Below are positions 36,981 to 49,233 of a stretch of 64,000 bases of DNA, one piece after another; position 1 is the first letter of the stretch, and each line of letters begins with the position of its first letter. Source of the stretch: Prorocentrum cordatum (lineage: Eukaryota). The position numbers and the translations under genes are program-made. A model generated the notes under the pieces. That model saw only the letters and a program-made list of their open reading frames with translations. It had not been told where the DNA came from and did not search any database. The stretch spans positions 62,001 to 126,000 of the forward strand of contig CAUYUJ010000048.1 in assembly GCA_963575745.1 (NCBI GenBank). Direction: 5' to 3'.

Positions 36981-39900
36981 ACGCTTCGCGTCACCAATTT
37001 CTTCTCGCAACGATTCCTGGGTCTGTGACTCGACAGAACCTAAGCGCGCGCGAAGCGCGCGCGTGGTTCTATATGTATATATATATATATTATATATATG
37101 TGCGCTTTTCATGTGCAGCGATGCACATACATACGTGTGTACATATATATGTACATATATTTGTATGCACATTCACACATAGTTACATGTGTATATATAT
37201 ATATATGTGTGTGTATTAATGCACCTATGTATGATAAAGATATATAGATGGAGGATGCGGAGAGACAGATTTAGCGTCGGCTCTGTTGGTCCGTCTCGGG
37301 GCCCTTGCTGGGACCTTCCAGGGATGCCTGGGCGCTCTCTTGGGGCCTGTCGGGAGCATTCGTGGGCAAACTGAGGCCGCCTTGGGGTCCTCGGCGGGCC
37401 GTCTTGGTTCCGACGAGCTCCCTGTGGGGATCGTCGGGGGCTGTCCTGGCGGCCTCTTGGACCGTCTTGGGCGATGGTACGCCGAAAGGCATGCTGCTAG
37501 CACTCAAGGGAGGAAAAAACACCTGGACCGGACAATTGGCGTTTACTAAGCGGCCCTGGGCGTTTACTAAACAGCCTTGCCCTGCTTTATTATTTCCTTG
37601 TGTGCGTTTACTAAACGGCTTCGCGAGTCGGGGAGGTTAGTATCGGGGAGGATATTCTTGCCCTCTAGACACTGCGCGCAAGAACCAAATATTGAGCCCA
37701 CAGAGCGGGATACAGGGTTGGCCCCCTCATAGGGGGAAGTCTGCACGCAGAGTTTGAACTCATTGGGTGTGGGGGGTACTGCGCCGAGTCCTCCTCCTCC
37801 TCCTCCTCCTCGACCCCCTTCCTCCCTCCCTCCCTGCCTCCCTCCTTCGTCCTCCAGGATCGAGGCGTTGGGCACGCGTCTGACACTCCTCGAGCCTCCA
37901 GAGTGGGCCGACAGGTGCGGTACCAATCGTTGCAACGTTTCTTGGGGTCGTGTTGGCGTCCTTTGGGAGGGGGTTGTAAGGCCTCGGGGGCCAGTGGAGA
38001 GCCTGTCGTGGTTCATGGGGCACGGAGTGCGCAATGGGTGTGCCGAGTGGAGGCTCCGAGGAGCCGCTTCGGGGGCCAGGTGAGCGCCCCACATGCGCGA
38101 AGTGCGTGAGGGGTGTGCCGCGGTTTCGTGTTTCCAGGCTGTATGTTTACGTATCCCATGGGCCCTGAGGCCCAAACCATTTGTATGTTTACGTGTCACA
38201 GGGGCCTGAGAGCGCAGCTTACTCGTCATTTCACGTGCCCCACGAGAGTATGGAGCAGGAACTGCGTGTTCGGTGAACTGGGTTGAGGCTTCCGTGGCCT
38301 TGAGGGCAGGCCATTCGTATTTTTACGTGTCCCAGTAGCTGTGATGCAGTCCTGGTTTGCGTTGGCCGACGGAATGGGCGAGGCAGCGTTTGGCATGCCT
38401 CCTGCGTGCCAGCTCACTCTCTTCCACCCTCCTTTTGGTCTTCGTGTACATTCGGAGCCCGCAACACGGCCAGGGCCTGCAGGAGGCCCGCCGGATGCAA
38501 TCGCTTCGCTCACTCCGCAGGCCCGTACCGTGTACAATGTTCAGTGGCATTCGGCCCGGCTGGGGCGTTGCCCAGAAGCCTTGTCGGGAGGCTCGTTGGG
38601 GTCTCCCGGGGGCCTCGATCGGAGGCCTCGTCGCTGTGGGGGGACCGCTCGTGGCATCTCGGGGTTGCCCTGGGGCCTCCAGGGGGCCCTTTTGGAGGCC
38701 TCTTCGGGGGCCTTGCTGGCAGTCTCGGCGGCTATCTTCGGGGAGAAATGGCTCCTAATGGCAGTTCGGGTTCCCCTCTTTGGGCCCCCCTTGGGTGCCT
38801 CTGGAGCCCCCTTGGGGGGCCCTCTCGGGCTATCCTGGAGTCCTCCTGGAAACCTCTTGGGTTGTCTTGGGGTGATGTGGGGCCCCCCTAGTCGGAAACT
38901 GGAGCATATACATTACCAGCGGCGTGTTGTTTTTCAATCCTTGGACTTTTTGAGGGTCAGGTACGACGTCGGGGTGGTGTGGTGTATAGTTGTTTCCCCG
39001 TTTTCCTGGGGAGATGACGAACATGTATACACCAGCATCCCGTATACACCAGGATCCGCTTTCCTGTGCGAATTTCAGTGCAGGGCTCGAAAACGCGTCG
39101 GTGTCGTCTTGGTGTCGGAAGCACGAAAAGGCGATGACGCGAACGTCGCTGACAAGACTTAAAGACAATCACATATGTTTGCCCCTCGGGGCCTCCGTGG
39201 GGTTATCTTGGGGCTCTCTTCACGCGTTTCGGAGGCGTTTCGGAGGCGTCTCGTGCTAACCAGAGATTAATTACCTTGGGCGTGTTTGAGCGCTCTTGGG
39301 CCGTCTCGGGCCATCTTGAACTCTCTTGGTGGCTCCATGGGGCGCCATTGGGAGCCTTGGAGGCCGCGCTCAGGACGATTACCATCTTTGAATCGAGTCT
39401 GCCGGGAGTCTGCCGGGGCACTTTACGTCCGGGGACTCTCAGGGGCCGTCCCGCGCGCCCCTTGGGAGTCCTGTGCGCCTGCTACTGGAGATCTTACCAC
39501 GCCTCTGGCCAGTTGGGCCGGCGAATTTGACGTTGCTGGGGGGATGGTTTTGATCGCCTGGGACTCTCCTCGGCCCTCTTGGGACGCCTCTGGATGCTTC
39601 TTGCGTGCTGTGTGGGTCTCATGGGCCCTTTCCCATTCCATTCCGTTCCACTGCGAGTCTGGGAGGTGTCTTTGGTTGTCTTGGCGGCCTCTGGGGACTC
39701 TCTTGAGCCACTCTGCAGCAGCATTGTTGAAACAGCCTCTCGGACTCCTACTTGGCACGTCTCCTCCATGTCTCATGTCTGCAATTATTGACGCTTTGCG
39801 TATCACCAGCAGCTACGCCTTTGTAGTTCAATTCACCTTCGGCAGCTTGCAGCCCCTGGCAGTCAGCAGCCCCTGGCAGTCAGCAGCGCGCCTGCAGCTC

Positions 39901-40951
39901 GATGCACGTTTGCAGCCCTTGGCAGTTTTGCAGCCCTGCCCCCTCCCCCTCGGCTACCTCCTGGTCCCGGCCTGAGTTGCGGCGGTAGGCCTGCTTGCGC
40001 TACGTAACTTAGGACTTCGCGCGGCCCGCTCGGACCTTGACACGCCGTCGGCGCGCTCACCTGCGGCTGGTACCAAAAAAGTATCTCCAGCAGCCCATCC
40101 GTGAACGATTCCCAGGCGAGATGTCGTGTCAGGGGCGGCGGGTGGAGCACTGGCGCAACAATGAAAGGGTGCACCAGTTCAACCAAAGCTGCCGAAGCTG
40201 CGGTCAACCTGAACATCGGCCATACATTTTTCACTTGGCGACCTTTGAGAGCCCCTTGCAGGCTGCTTCGGGCTATTTGAAGGCTCTGTTGGGGTCCTTT
40301 GGGGTATCTTGGGGGCCATCTCGGCGCTCCCTCGGGGCCCTTTGTGGGACCTTGGCGGGCCCGTGGGGTTGTCTTTCAGGCAATCGACCGCAATCCTGCT
40401 TGGCTTTCGGCCCTCGTGATTATTGGAGCCTTCTCGGGGTGCTCTTGTGGGGCCTTGGGGCCCTCTCGGGGTCCTCTTAGAATACTCTGAGCCTCTCTGG
40501 GGCCCATCCGAAGCAAATAGACGAGACAGCAAACAACAAATTTAGTGATAACGCGCTACAAAAGCTGCGTGATTTGGGCATGTTCGGGGCGTCCTTGGGA
40601 GGCTGTGTTGGGGTTTTTCGGGTGCATGTTCGAGGCCATCTTGAGCAAAATCAGAGGATTTTGCTTGATCGTTGGGGAAATTTTGGCCGGTTGGGACCGC
40701 CCTGGCCCTTTTCTGTTGTGCCAGCACGGACCTTGCGACACCTCGCGCCCCCCCGTCCACACACACACACACCGGGGACAAGGTACGATGGTAGACTCCC
40801 CCCCAGAGGGGAAAACGGAGTCGTTCTGCAAGGGCTGATGCCCTTGACCGCCCGTGTCCAGAGGGCTGTGAATTGTGAGCCCCGCTGTGGAGAGACCGAC
40901 GGAGCTGGAGGAAACGTCTCACACGGCGGGTGATCCCGAGAAGGGTCGGCG

Positions 40952-40996
40952 GACTTCCTCCTCAAGTACTTCGACATCCGTCAGAAGGCGCGCCAG
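40952..40996 (+). CDS. Coiled-coil protein exon 5 (DFLLKYFDIRQKARQ)
   Basis: Completes the C-D-F-L-L-K-Y-F-D-x-R-Q-x-A-R motif begun in exon 4. CAG|gt donor. Acceptor is non-canonical (cg|G). Confidence 0.82.
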
Positions 40997-41000
40997 GTTC

Positions 41001-41171
41001 GGGCGACGAAATCTATACGTGTCCACTGCTCCCTGGCCAGGCCCATCCTGAACCCAGGAGCCTGTGTATACGCCTTCCTGGCCAAGCCAGGAGGGCGTGG
41101 CGTGTACACCGCTGCTGGCTTCAGGATGGGCCTGGCCAGGGAGCAGTGGATATGCATAGATCCCGTCGCCC
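41001..41171. mobile_element. Hairpin MITE forming intron 5 of the nested gene
   Basis: 41001-41061 versus the reverse complement of 41111-41171: 54/61 identical, ungapped. CAGG at both junctions. Confidence 0.85.
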
Positions 41172-41176
41172 TACAG

Positions 41177-41239
41177 GAGGAGATGGACGCCATCGGCGAC
41201 GCCAAGGCGATCCTCTCGGGCGCCGACTTCGGCAAGTAG
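41177..41239 (+). CDS. Coiled-coil protein exon 6, terminal (EEMDAIGDAKAILSGADFGK*)
   Basis: cag|G acceptor, in frame, TAG at 41237-41239. Spliced CDS totals 2250 nt (749 aa plus stop). Confidence 0.88.
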   Translation, partial: EEMDAIGDAKAILSGADFGK

Positions 41240-41359
41240 CACATCGTGAGCGGATGCGCCCGGCCGGCGGCCCGCGCTCGTTGAGGGACACTGGACGCCC
41301 GCGCGACCCCGAACGACGGGGAGGGAGGACTTGTGTGATGGCCACGGGCAAGGGGGGTC

Positions 41360-41524
41360 TCACGAGGGGAAAAGACACACAGACACAATTAATCGTCGAT
41401 TCCTCAGAAAATATGGGAAAATATGGGCAGTGGGGGGGGGAAGACAGAAACCCAGGAAATATAGGAAAATATGGGGAATTGTTTTATTCGTGTGGATTTA
41501 TTTGTGTGTCCCAGGGCCCCTTCA
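41360..41524. mobile_element. Family B short element, 5-bp TSD, ~120 nt after the nested gene stop codon
   Basis: tcacgagggg...ccccttca flanked by gggtc/gggtc. Confidence 0.8.
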
Positions 41525-42055
41525 GGGTCGGGGGGGAGGGGGGGGAGGCTTCTTAGAGGCACCCGTGCTTTTCAGAGGGCGCGGGCCTCGTCTGTGGATG
41601 TGGGGCCGGCGCCTTCTGAGAGGCCGCCTCCTTCCAAGAGGCCTTCCCCCCTCCCCCATTACCCCCTCGTGCGTGCCGCCGACTTGTGTGGATGGATTCG
41701 AGGACCTCTCGCCAAGATACGTTCACGTTCAGGAGACAGCGCGGCGTGAGAGGAAGGTTGGACTAAAGGCGAAGAGCCATGTCCCGGGCCGTTTTCATCG
41801 AAGGTGTTTTGGTAAGAGGGTTCTGGTCACCCCGAGTCACCGGCCGTGGCCAGCAGCACGACCATGATCTCTGACTCGCCACGAGGCTCCCCTGGGGCAC
41901 TACCACGGAGCGATCTGGCTCGATTGTCCCCCGTGTGAGAATGGCGTCTCGAAGCCTCTGGTCATGATTCTTCGCGGCGTCTCGGTTCTTCTACGGCATC
42001 GGATCCCGCGACCGACCTTCTGAACTGCACTCTTTTGCCCCGAGTCGGAGGATCT

Positions 42056-42564
42056 AGGCGTCCTAAATGGGGTCGGAGTAGATGGGGTCGGAGGATCGCG
42101 CCGCATCGCCGATGCATCGCCGAATGCGGCTCGAAGTGGGGCCCGATTTGCTTCGCGTCGACGTCGCCGATGCATCGCCGACATCGACGATGCATCGCCT
42201 GTGCATCACCGATGCATCGCCCATGTATCGAAGAAGATAAAAAAATACAAACATCAAAACATAAACTTTTGGCGCTCTGCGGTGATTTCTCGGATCCGTG
42301 CTGGGAGCCCCCTGGCGGCGCCTTTGGCGCCGCCCCTGGCGCGCTCCGCGCGCCAGGGAGGGGGGCACCGCGCGGAGCCAAAAAATCCGCGCGGAGTGCC
42401 AAAATTTAATGTTTATGGTGTGTGTGTGTGTGTTGTGTGTGTGTGTTGTGTGTGTGTTGTGTGTGTGTGTTGTGTGTGTGTGTGTGTTCCATTTTTCTTC
42501 GAATGTATCGGCGATGCGCCGCGAGCCTCCGACCCTATCTACGCCGACCCCATCGAGGAAGCCT
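42056..42564. mobile_element. Family C MITE carrying a nested insertion
   Basis: aggcgtcctaaatggggtcggagtagatgggg...ccctatctacgccgaccccatcgaggaagcct, with the same core repeats as the other family C copies. Confidence 0.8.
42228..42502. mobile_element. Nested TIR element with 5-bp TSD
   Basis: tcgaagaa...ttcttcga flanked by atgta/atgta. Removing it restores the palindromic core of the host MITE. Confidence 0.8.
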
Positions 42565-42653
42565 CCTTCGAGGAGTTGTAGGCGAAGGGGGGGCTGTGCT
42601 TCCAGCTGCCCACCTCTCCCCTCCCCGCCCCGCCCCCGGCTGCCGCACCGGAG

Positions 42654-42724
42654 GCCCCGTGCTCGAGGCGCTCGGGCGGGGCTACCGCCTGATCGACACC
42701 GCGCAGGTCTACAACAACGAGAAG
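42654..42724 (+). CDS. Aldo-keto reductase exon (GPVLEALGRGYRLIDTAQVYNNEK)
   Basis: GYRxIDTAxxYxNE motif with catalytic Asp and Tyr. AG|G acceptor, GC donor. Confidence 0.92.
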
Positions 42725-43299
42725 GCTTCGGCTGGGCCGTCGGCGGCGTCTGCGTCGTAGTCGACGGCGCCCGCATCGCCGACGGAGAAGAGGAGGATGA
42801 GGGAGAGGGCGTAACGAAAGATCTGGTAGCGCCACGGGGTGTCTTCGGGAAGGGGTTGATGAAGCAGAAGGCGGCAGAGGAGGAGGAGGAGGAGGATGCG
42901 AAAGAGGAGGAGGAGGAGAAGGAGGAGAAGGAGGGGGATGAGGAGGAGGAGGAGGATGCGGAGGATGATGATGATGAGGAGGAGGCGGAGGATGATGATG
43001 ATGAGGAGGAGGCGGAGGAGGAGGAGGAGGAGGAGGAGGAAGAAAAGGAGGAGGAAAAGGAGGAGGTGGAAAGGAGGTCAGGCGGCTTTGGGCGAGCGAC
43101 GCGGGAGTGAAGACAGGCGAGCAGAGGGGGCAGGCAGACGAGGGAACAGAAAGGAAGCGGAGGAGGATGAAGATCAGGAGGAGGATGAGGAGGAGGAGGA
43201 GGAGGGGGTCATGCCTGGGCAGCGATCGCCAACGGAGGGGGAGGAAAAGCCTTGAGGATCGAGAGGTTGGAGGATCGATGTGTATGCACGTTTTCGTTG

Positions 43300-44600
43300 T
43301 GGAAAGCACAGCGAAGGGATTATTGGAACGCCTCACAACAGGAATCCTTTGGAAAGCGCCACAAAGGGCTTCCATTGGAAAGCCTCACAATCGGAATCCT
43401 TTGAAAAGCACAACGAAGGGATTCGATTGGAAAGCCTCACAACAGGAACCCCGCGGAAAGCGCTACAAAGGGATCCGATTGGAAAGCCTCGCAGCAGGAA
43501 TCCTTTGGAAATCACCACACAGGGATTCTATAGGAACGCCTCACACCAGGAATCCTGTGGAAGGTACAGCGAGGGGATTGTATGGGAAGACCTCACAACA
43601 GGAATCCTTTGGAAAGCGCCACACAGGAATTATATTGGAAAGCCTCACAGCAGGAATTCTCTGGATAGCAACACGCAGGGATTGCATTAGAAATCCTCAC
43701 AACAGGAATCCTTTTGAAAGCGCAACAAAAAGGGATTCTATGGGAAAGCCTCACAACAGGAAATCCTTTGGGAAGCACCACGCAGGGATTTTATGGGAAA
43801 GCCTCACAACAGGAACCCCGTGGAAAGCGCCACAAAGGGATTCGATGGGAAAGCCTCACAATCGGAATCCTTTGGAAAGCACCATGAAGGGATTCCACTG
43901 GAAAGCATCAACATCGGAATCCGCTGGAAAGCACCACGCAGGGATTCTACTGGAAAGCCTCACATCAGGAGTCTTTTGGAAAGCGCCACAAAGAGATTCG
44001 ATTGGAAAACCTCACAGCAGGAATCATTTGAAAAGCGCCACAAAGGGATTCTACTGGAAAGCCTCACCATCGGAATCCTTCCAAAAGCACGACGAAGGGA
44101 GTCTTTTGGAAAGCCTCACAACAGGAACCCCGCGGAAAGTGCCACAAATATTCTATTGGAAAACGTCACAATCGGAATCCTTTGGAAAGCACCACGGAAG
44201 GGATTCCATTGGAAAGCATCAACATCGGAATCCGCTGGAAAGGGCTACAAAGGGATCCGATTGGAAAACCTCACAGCAGAAGTCCGGTGGAAAGCACAAA
44301 GAGGGGATTGTATTGGACAGCCTCACAACAGGAATCCTTCGGAAAACACCACACAGGGATTCTATGGGAAAGCCTCACAGCAGGGATCCTCTGGATAGCA
44401 CCACGCAGGGATTCTATTGGAAAGCCTCACAACAGGAATCCCTGGGAAAGTGCCACAATTGGATTCGACCGGAAAGCCCCACAGCAGGAATCCTCTGGAA
44501 AGCCCCACAAAGGGATTGAATTGGAAAGCCTCACAACAGGAATCTTTTGGAAAACGCCACAAGGGATTTCATCGGAAAGCCTCACAATCGGAATCCTGTT
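43300..44600. repeat. ~52-bp minisatellite with internal inverted motifs
   Basis: ggaaagcctcacaacaggaatcctttggaaagcgccacaaagggattctatt repeated, with alternating gaatcc / ggattc. Confidence 0.88.
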
Positions 44601-45494
44601 TGAAAAAAACACGAAGCGAGGCCACCATTACGTGCTTGTTAAGAATGGCCAAACAGCCCAGGCCTGCATTGGGTGTGCTTCTGGAGGAGGAGGAGGAGTA
44701 GGAGGAGGAGGAGGAGGAAGAGGTCAACAGGAAGGAGCAGAGGGAGGAGAGGATTAGGAGGACGAGGAGGGGTATGATGCTGATGTTGATGTTGTCGCTG
44801 CTGATGATGATGCTGATGATGATGCTGCTGATGATGCTGATGATGCTGCTGCTGATGATGATGATGATGCTGATGGTGGTGGTGGTGATGATGATGATGA
44901 GGAGGAGGAGGAGGTGGAGGAGTACGAGGAGATGGAGCAGGATATGGAGCAGGAGATGAGGAGAGGGTGGAGAGGATGAGGAGTTGGAGGAGGAGGATGA
45001 GGAGGAGGGAGGAGGAGGAGGAGGAGGAGGAGGAGGAGAAGGACGATAGGAGGAGTAGGAAAATGATGAGAAGGGGAGGGAGGAGGGCACCCAATGTGCC
45101 TGGAGCCCCCGTCGGAGGGCACCCAATGTTATGCTTGTCATGTCTCTGGGCGCCCCCGTCGGTGGCCCCCAGAGGAGTGTGGAGGGCTTTGGATGCTTTC
45201 GGCAGGTCCACGGGGGTCGCCAGGGCAGGGGATGCAGCGGCGCCGGGGCGGGGGACGGGAGGTTGGTGGGCGAGGCCCTCCGCCCTGTGCAGCTCGTCGT
45301 GTCACGTCGGTGCTCTGTGCCGTGCTCTCCGGCCGTCGGGACCCTTTGTCGGTCGGGGGGGGGGGGAGCGCACGTGGCATCCCCACTTGGCCCCCGTCCC
45401 CCCTGCTGGGGCTGGGCCCCGGAGCCTCGAGACCCGACAGGTATACCTCTTCCTCCCCCCTCCTCCTCCTCCTCCTCCTCCTCCTCCTCCTCCT

Positions 45495-47165
<1,671 letters not shown>

Positions 47166-47712
47166 TTTCTTCTCCTCCTCCTCCCCCCCTTCTCCTCCTT
47201 CTCCTCCTCCTCCTCCTTCTCCGCTTCCTCCTCCTTCTCCTCCTCCTCCTCCTCCTCGTTCTCCCCTCCTCCTCCTCCTCCTCCTTTTCCACCTCCTCCT
47301 CCTCCTCCTCCATCAACCCTGCAGGGAGCGGGGCCACCGTGGGCGACGGGGGGGCTCTCTTGCTGCCCTGCCCCGGCCTGAGAGAGAGGCGAGCATCACC
47401 TGAAAGCTCCTCCCCCGTGGCGGGGAACTGGCCGAAAGCGCCAAAGGGGGGGGGGGCCAGACAGGCGAGGGCCGCGGCGCCCGGGCACCTCCGGCGCGCG
47501 GGCTCAGGGCGCCAGAGACCGGGGCACAGCAGCCGGGGGCCAGGGGGAACGCTGACTTTCACGTTTGGCCATGCCCCCGTTCAGGGGACCCTGGGCGCCG
47601 CAGACGAGGGCACAGGACACGGGGGCGTATGGGACAGCCTGAGCCCCCGTTTGGCCAAATCCCCGTTTGCGAAGCCCCGACGGGCGCCCGCAGAAGCGAA
47701 GTGCTTCCCCAG

Positions 47713-47775
47713 GGCGTCGGGGCGGCGCTGCGCAAGAGTGGCCTGCCCCGGGAGAGCGTCTTCATCGAGACGAAG
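47713..47775 (+). CDS. Aldo-keto reductase exon (GVGAALRKSGLPRESVFIETK)
   Basis: VGxAxxxSGxxRExxFIxTK motif with catalytic Lys. AG|G acceptor, GC donor. Confidence 0.92.
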
Positions 47776-48142
47776 GCCAGGCTGCGCCTCAAGCATGCTG
47801 CTTGTCATATGTTGCAATGCTGCTGAGCGCTGGCATTCAGGTTCCCATTGCCACTGAGCGTGCACACCTCCACATCACGCTGCATGCGTTGGGGCGTGAG
47901 GGATACGACTTCGCTCACCCACTCTGGCTGCTGTCGTGCTCGAGCCGATCCCACACGCTTGCTGGTGGCGTTGATTGAAGCCTGTGTCTCTCGCAGCCGA
48001 GTCAAGACTTGCTGGCGTGACTCCGTTCTGTGCTCTCACCGCTTTGTGTGTCCTCGCCCCCGCCCTCCTCCTACTACTCCTCGTCCTCGTTCTTCCCCTC
48101 ATCCTCTCTCTCTCTCTCTCTTGCATGGATCGGCCGTTGAAG

Positions 48143-48234
48143 GTGTGGCGTTCCAGCCATGGCTACGACCGGACCATGAAGGCGTGCAAGCAGTCTTTGA
48201 AGAAGTTGGGCGTGGATTACATCGATTTATATGT
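48143..48234 (+). CDS. Aldo-keto reductase exon (VWRSSHGYDRTMKACKQSLKKLGVDYIDLYV)
   Basis: SLxxLGxDYIDLY motif. AG|G acceptor. Donor taken as gatagc at 48235, the same hexamer as the donor at 52500. Confidence 0.9.
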
Positions 48235-48299
48235 GATAGCACCGGCTTTGCCATCGCTCTCTGCCCGGTTTCCGGGAAGCTCCTGCGAGTGGACAAGAG

Positions 48300-48446
48300 T
48301 TAAGTCGGGCATTTTCCTCTACAGGAGAAACATTCTAAAATCGTCAAACATTTGTCTGGGGACTATTTTGAACAATTGTTGAACATGTTTTTGCTAGTTC
48401 TATGTTTCTTCCAAAATCCGCATGTAGGAGGACATGCCCGACACAA
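48300..48446. mobile_element. Family A MITE
   Basis: Family TIRs; TSD gacaagag / ggcaaggg (6/8). Confidence 0.8.
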
Positions 48447-48674
48447 GGCAAGGGGTGTTCTTTCCGAACTCGTATTGCTCGAAGGCGAACCCCCGCATAA
48501 TGCGCCAGCATCGCCGAGCTATTCGAACGGGCAGCCGGCTGTACCCCAGCGCGAGGTCGGAACCGGAGGACGGGCCACGACGCACACGACAAGCACGGCG
48601 CCGGCGACGCTGGCGCTGCTAACAGCCCCAGACCTTCGAAGCCGTGATTTGTGCACGATGTGGGCCCCTTCTCG

Positions 48675-48845
48675 AGGCCTCCCAGATGGGGTCGGAGCAG
48701 ATGGGGCCGCAGAATGGCGCCGCATCGCCGACGCACCGTCGATGTCGCTTATGAATCACCGATGCATCGCCGATGCATCGGCGATGCATCTGCGATGAGG
48801 TGCAATGCTCCGACCACGTCCACCCGGACCCTATTTGGGAGGCTT
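48675..48845. mobile_element. Family C MITE
   Basis: aggcctcccagatggggtcggagcagatgggg...cggaccctatttgggaggctt with a gccgatgcatcggcgatgcat core. Confidence 0.8.
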
Positions 48846-49079
48846 TCAGACGGGGCTAGGACGAGGATAAATCCGTTCAAGAGCGTTCCGGCACGCCTTC
48901 CGAGCATTCCGGGACGCTCTGAGAAGACATTCTCCAGTCGGAGATTGCTGGAAGAGCCTGTGGCCCAAGGTGCCCCCAGGATGTCCAAGGAGCCCCCCAC
49001 GGCCTCCAGAGCACCCCCCACGAGGCCCACAGGGCCCCAGAGGCTCCAAAATTGAGCGAATAGCTGGGGGCACCTTGGG

Positions 49080-49233
49080 TTATGTCGGGCACGTCCCTCT
49101 ACAGGAGGAATATCAAAAATAGTAACAACATGGTATGGGGACGATTTCTCTTATCATTTTGATAATGTTTGAGCATGTTGTGGCTATTTTCAATTTCCCT
49201 GAATCCGCCTGTAGGGGGACATGCCCGACCTAA
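49080..49233. mobile_element. Family A MITE
   Basis: Family TIRs; exact TSD accttggg. Confidence 0.88.

Noticed and set aside
40189..40230. CRSCGQPEH zinc-knuckle-like peptide
   Set aside because: Lacks the final Cys and no gag/pol context was recognised.
40640..40659. Minus-strand ATTTTGCTCAAG resembling the SL 3' end
   Set aside because: Short match embedded in a caagatggcc-type repeat family; chance is likely.
43107..44519. 470-aa repetitive ORF
   Set aside because: Read-through of a ~52-bp minisatellite; the same peptides appear in all frames.
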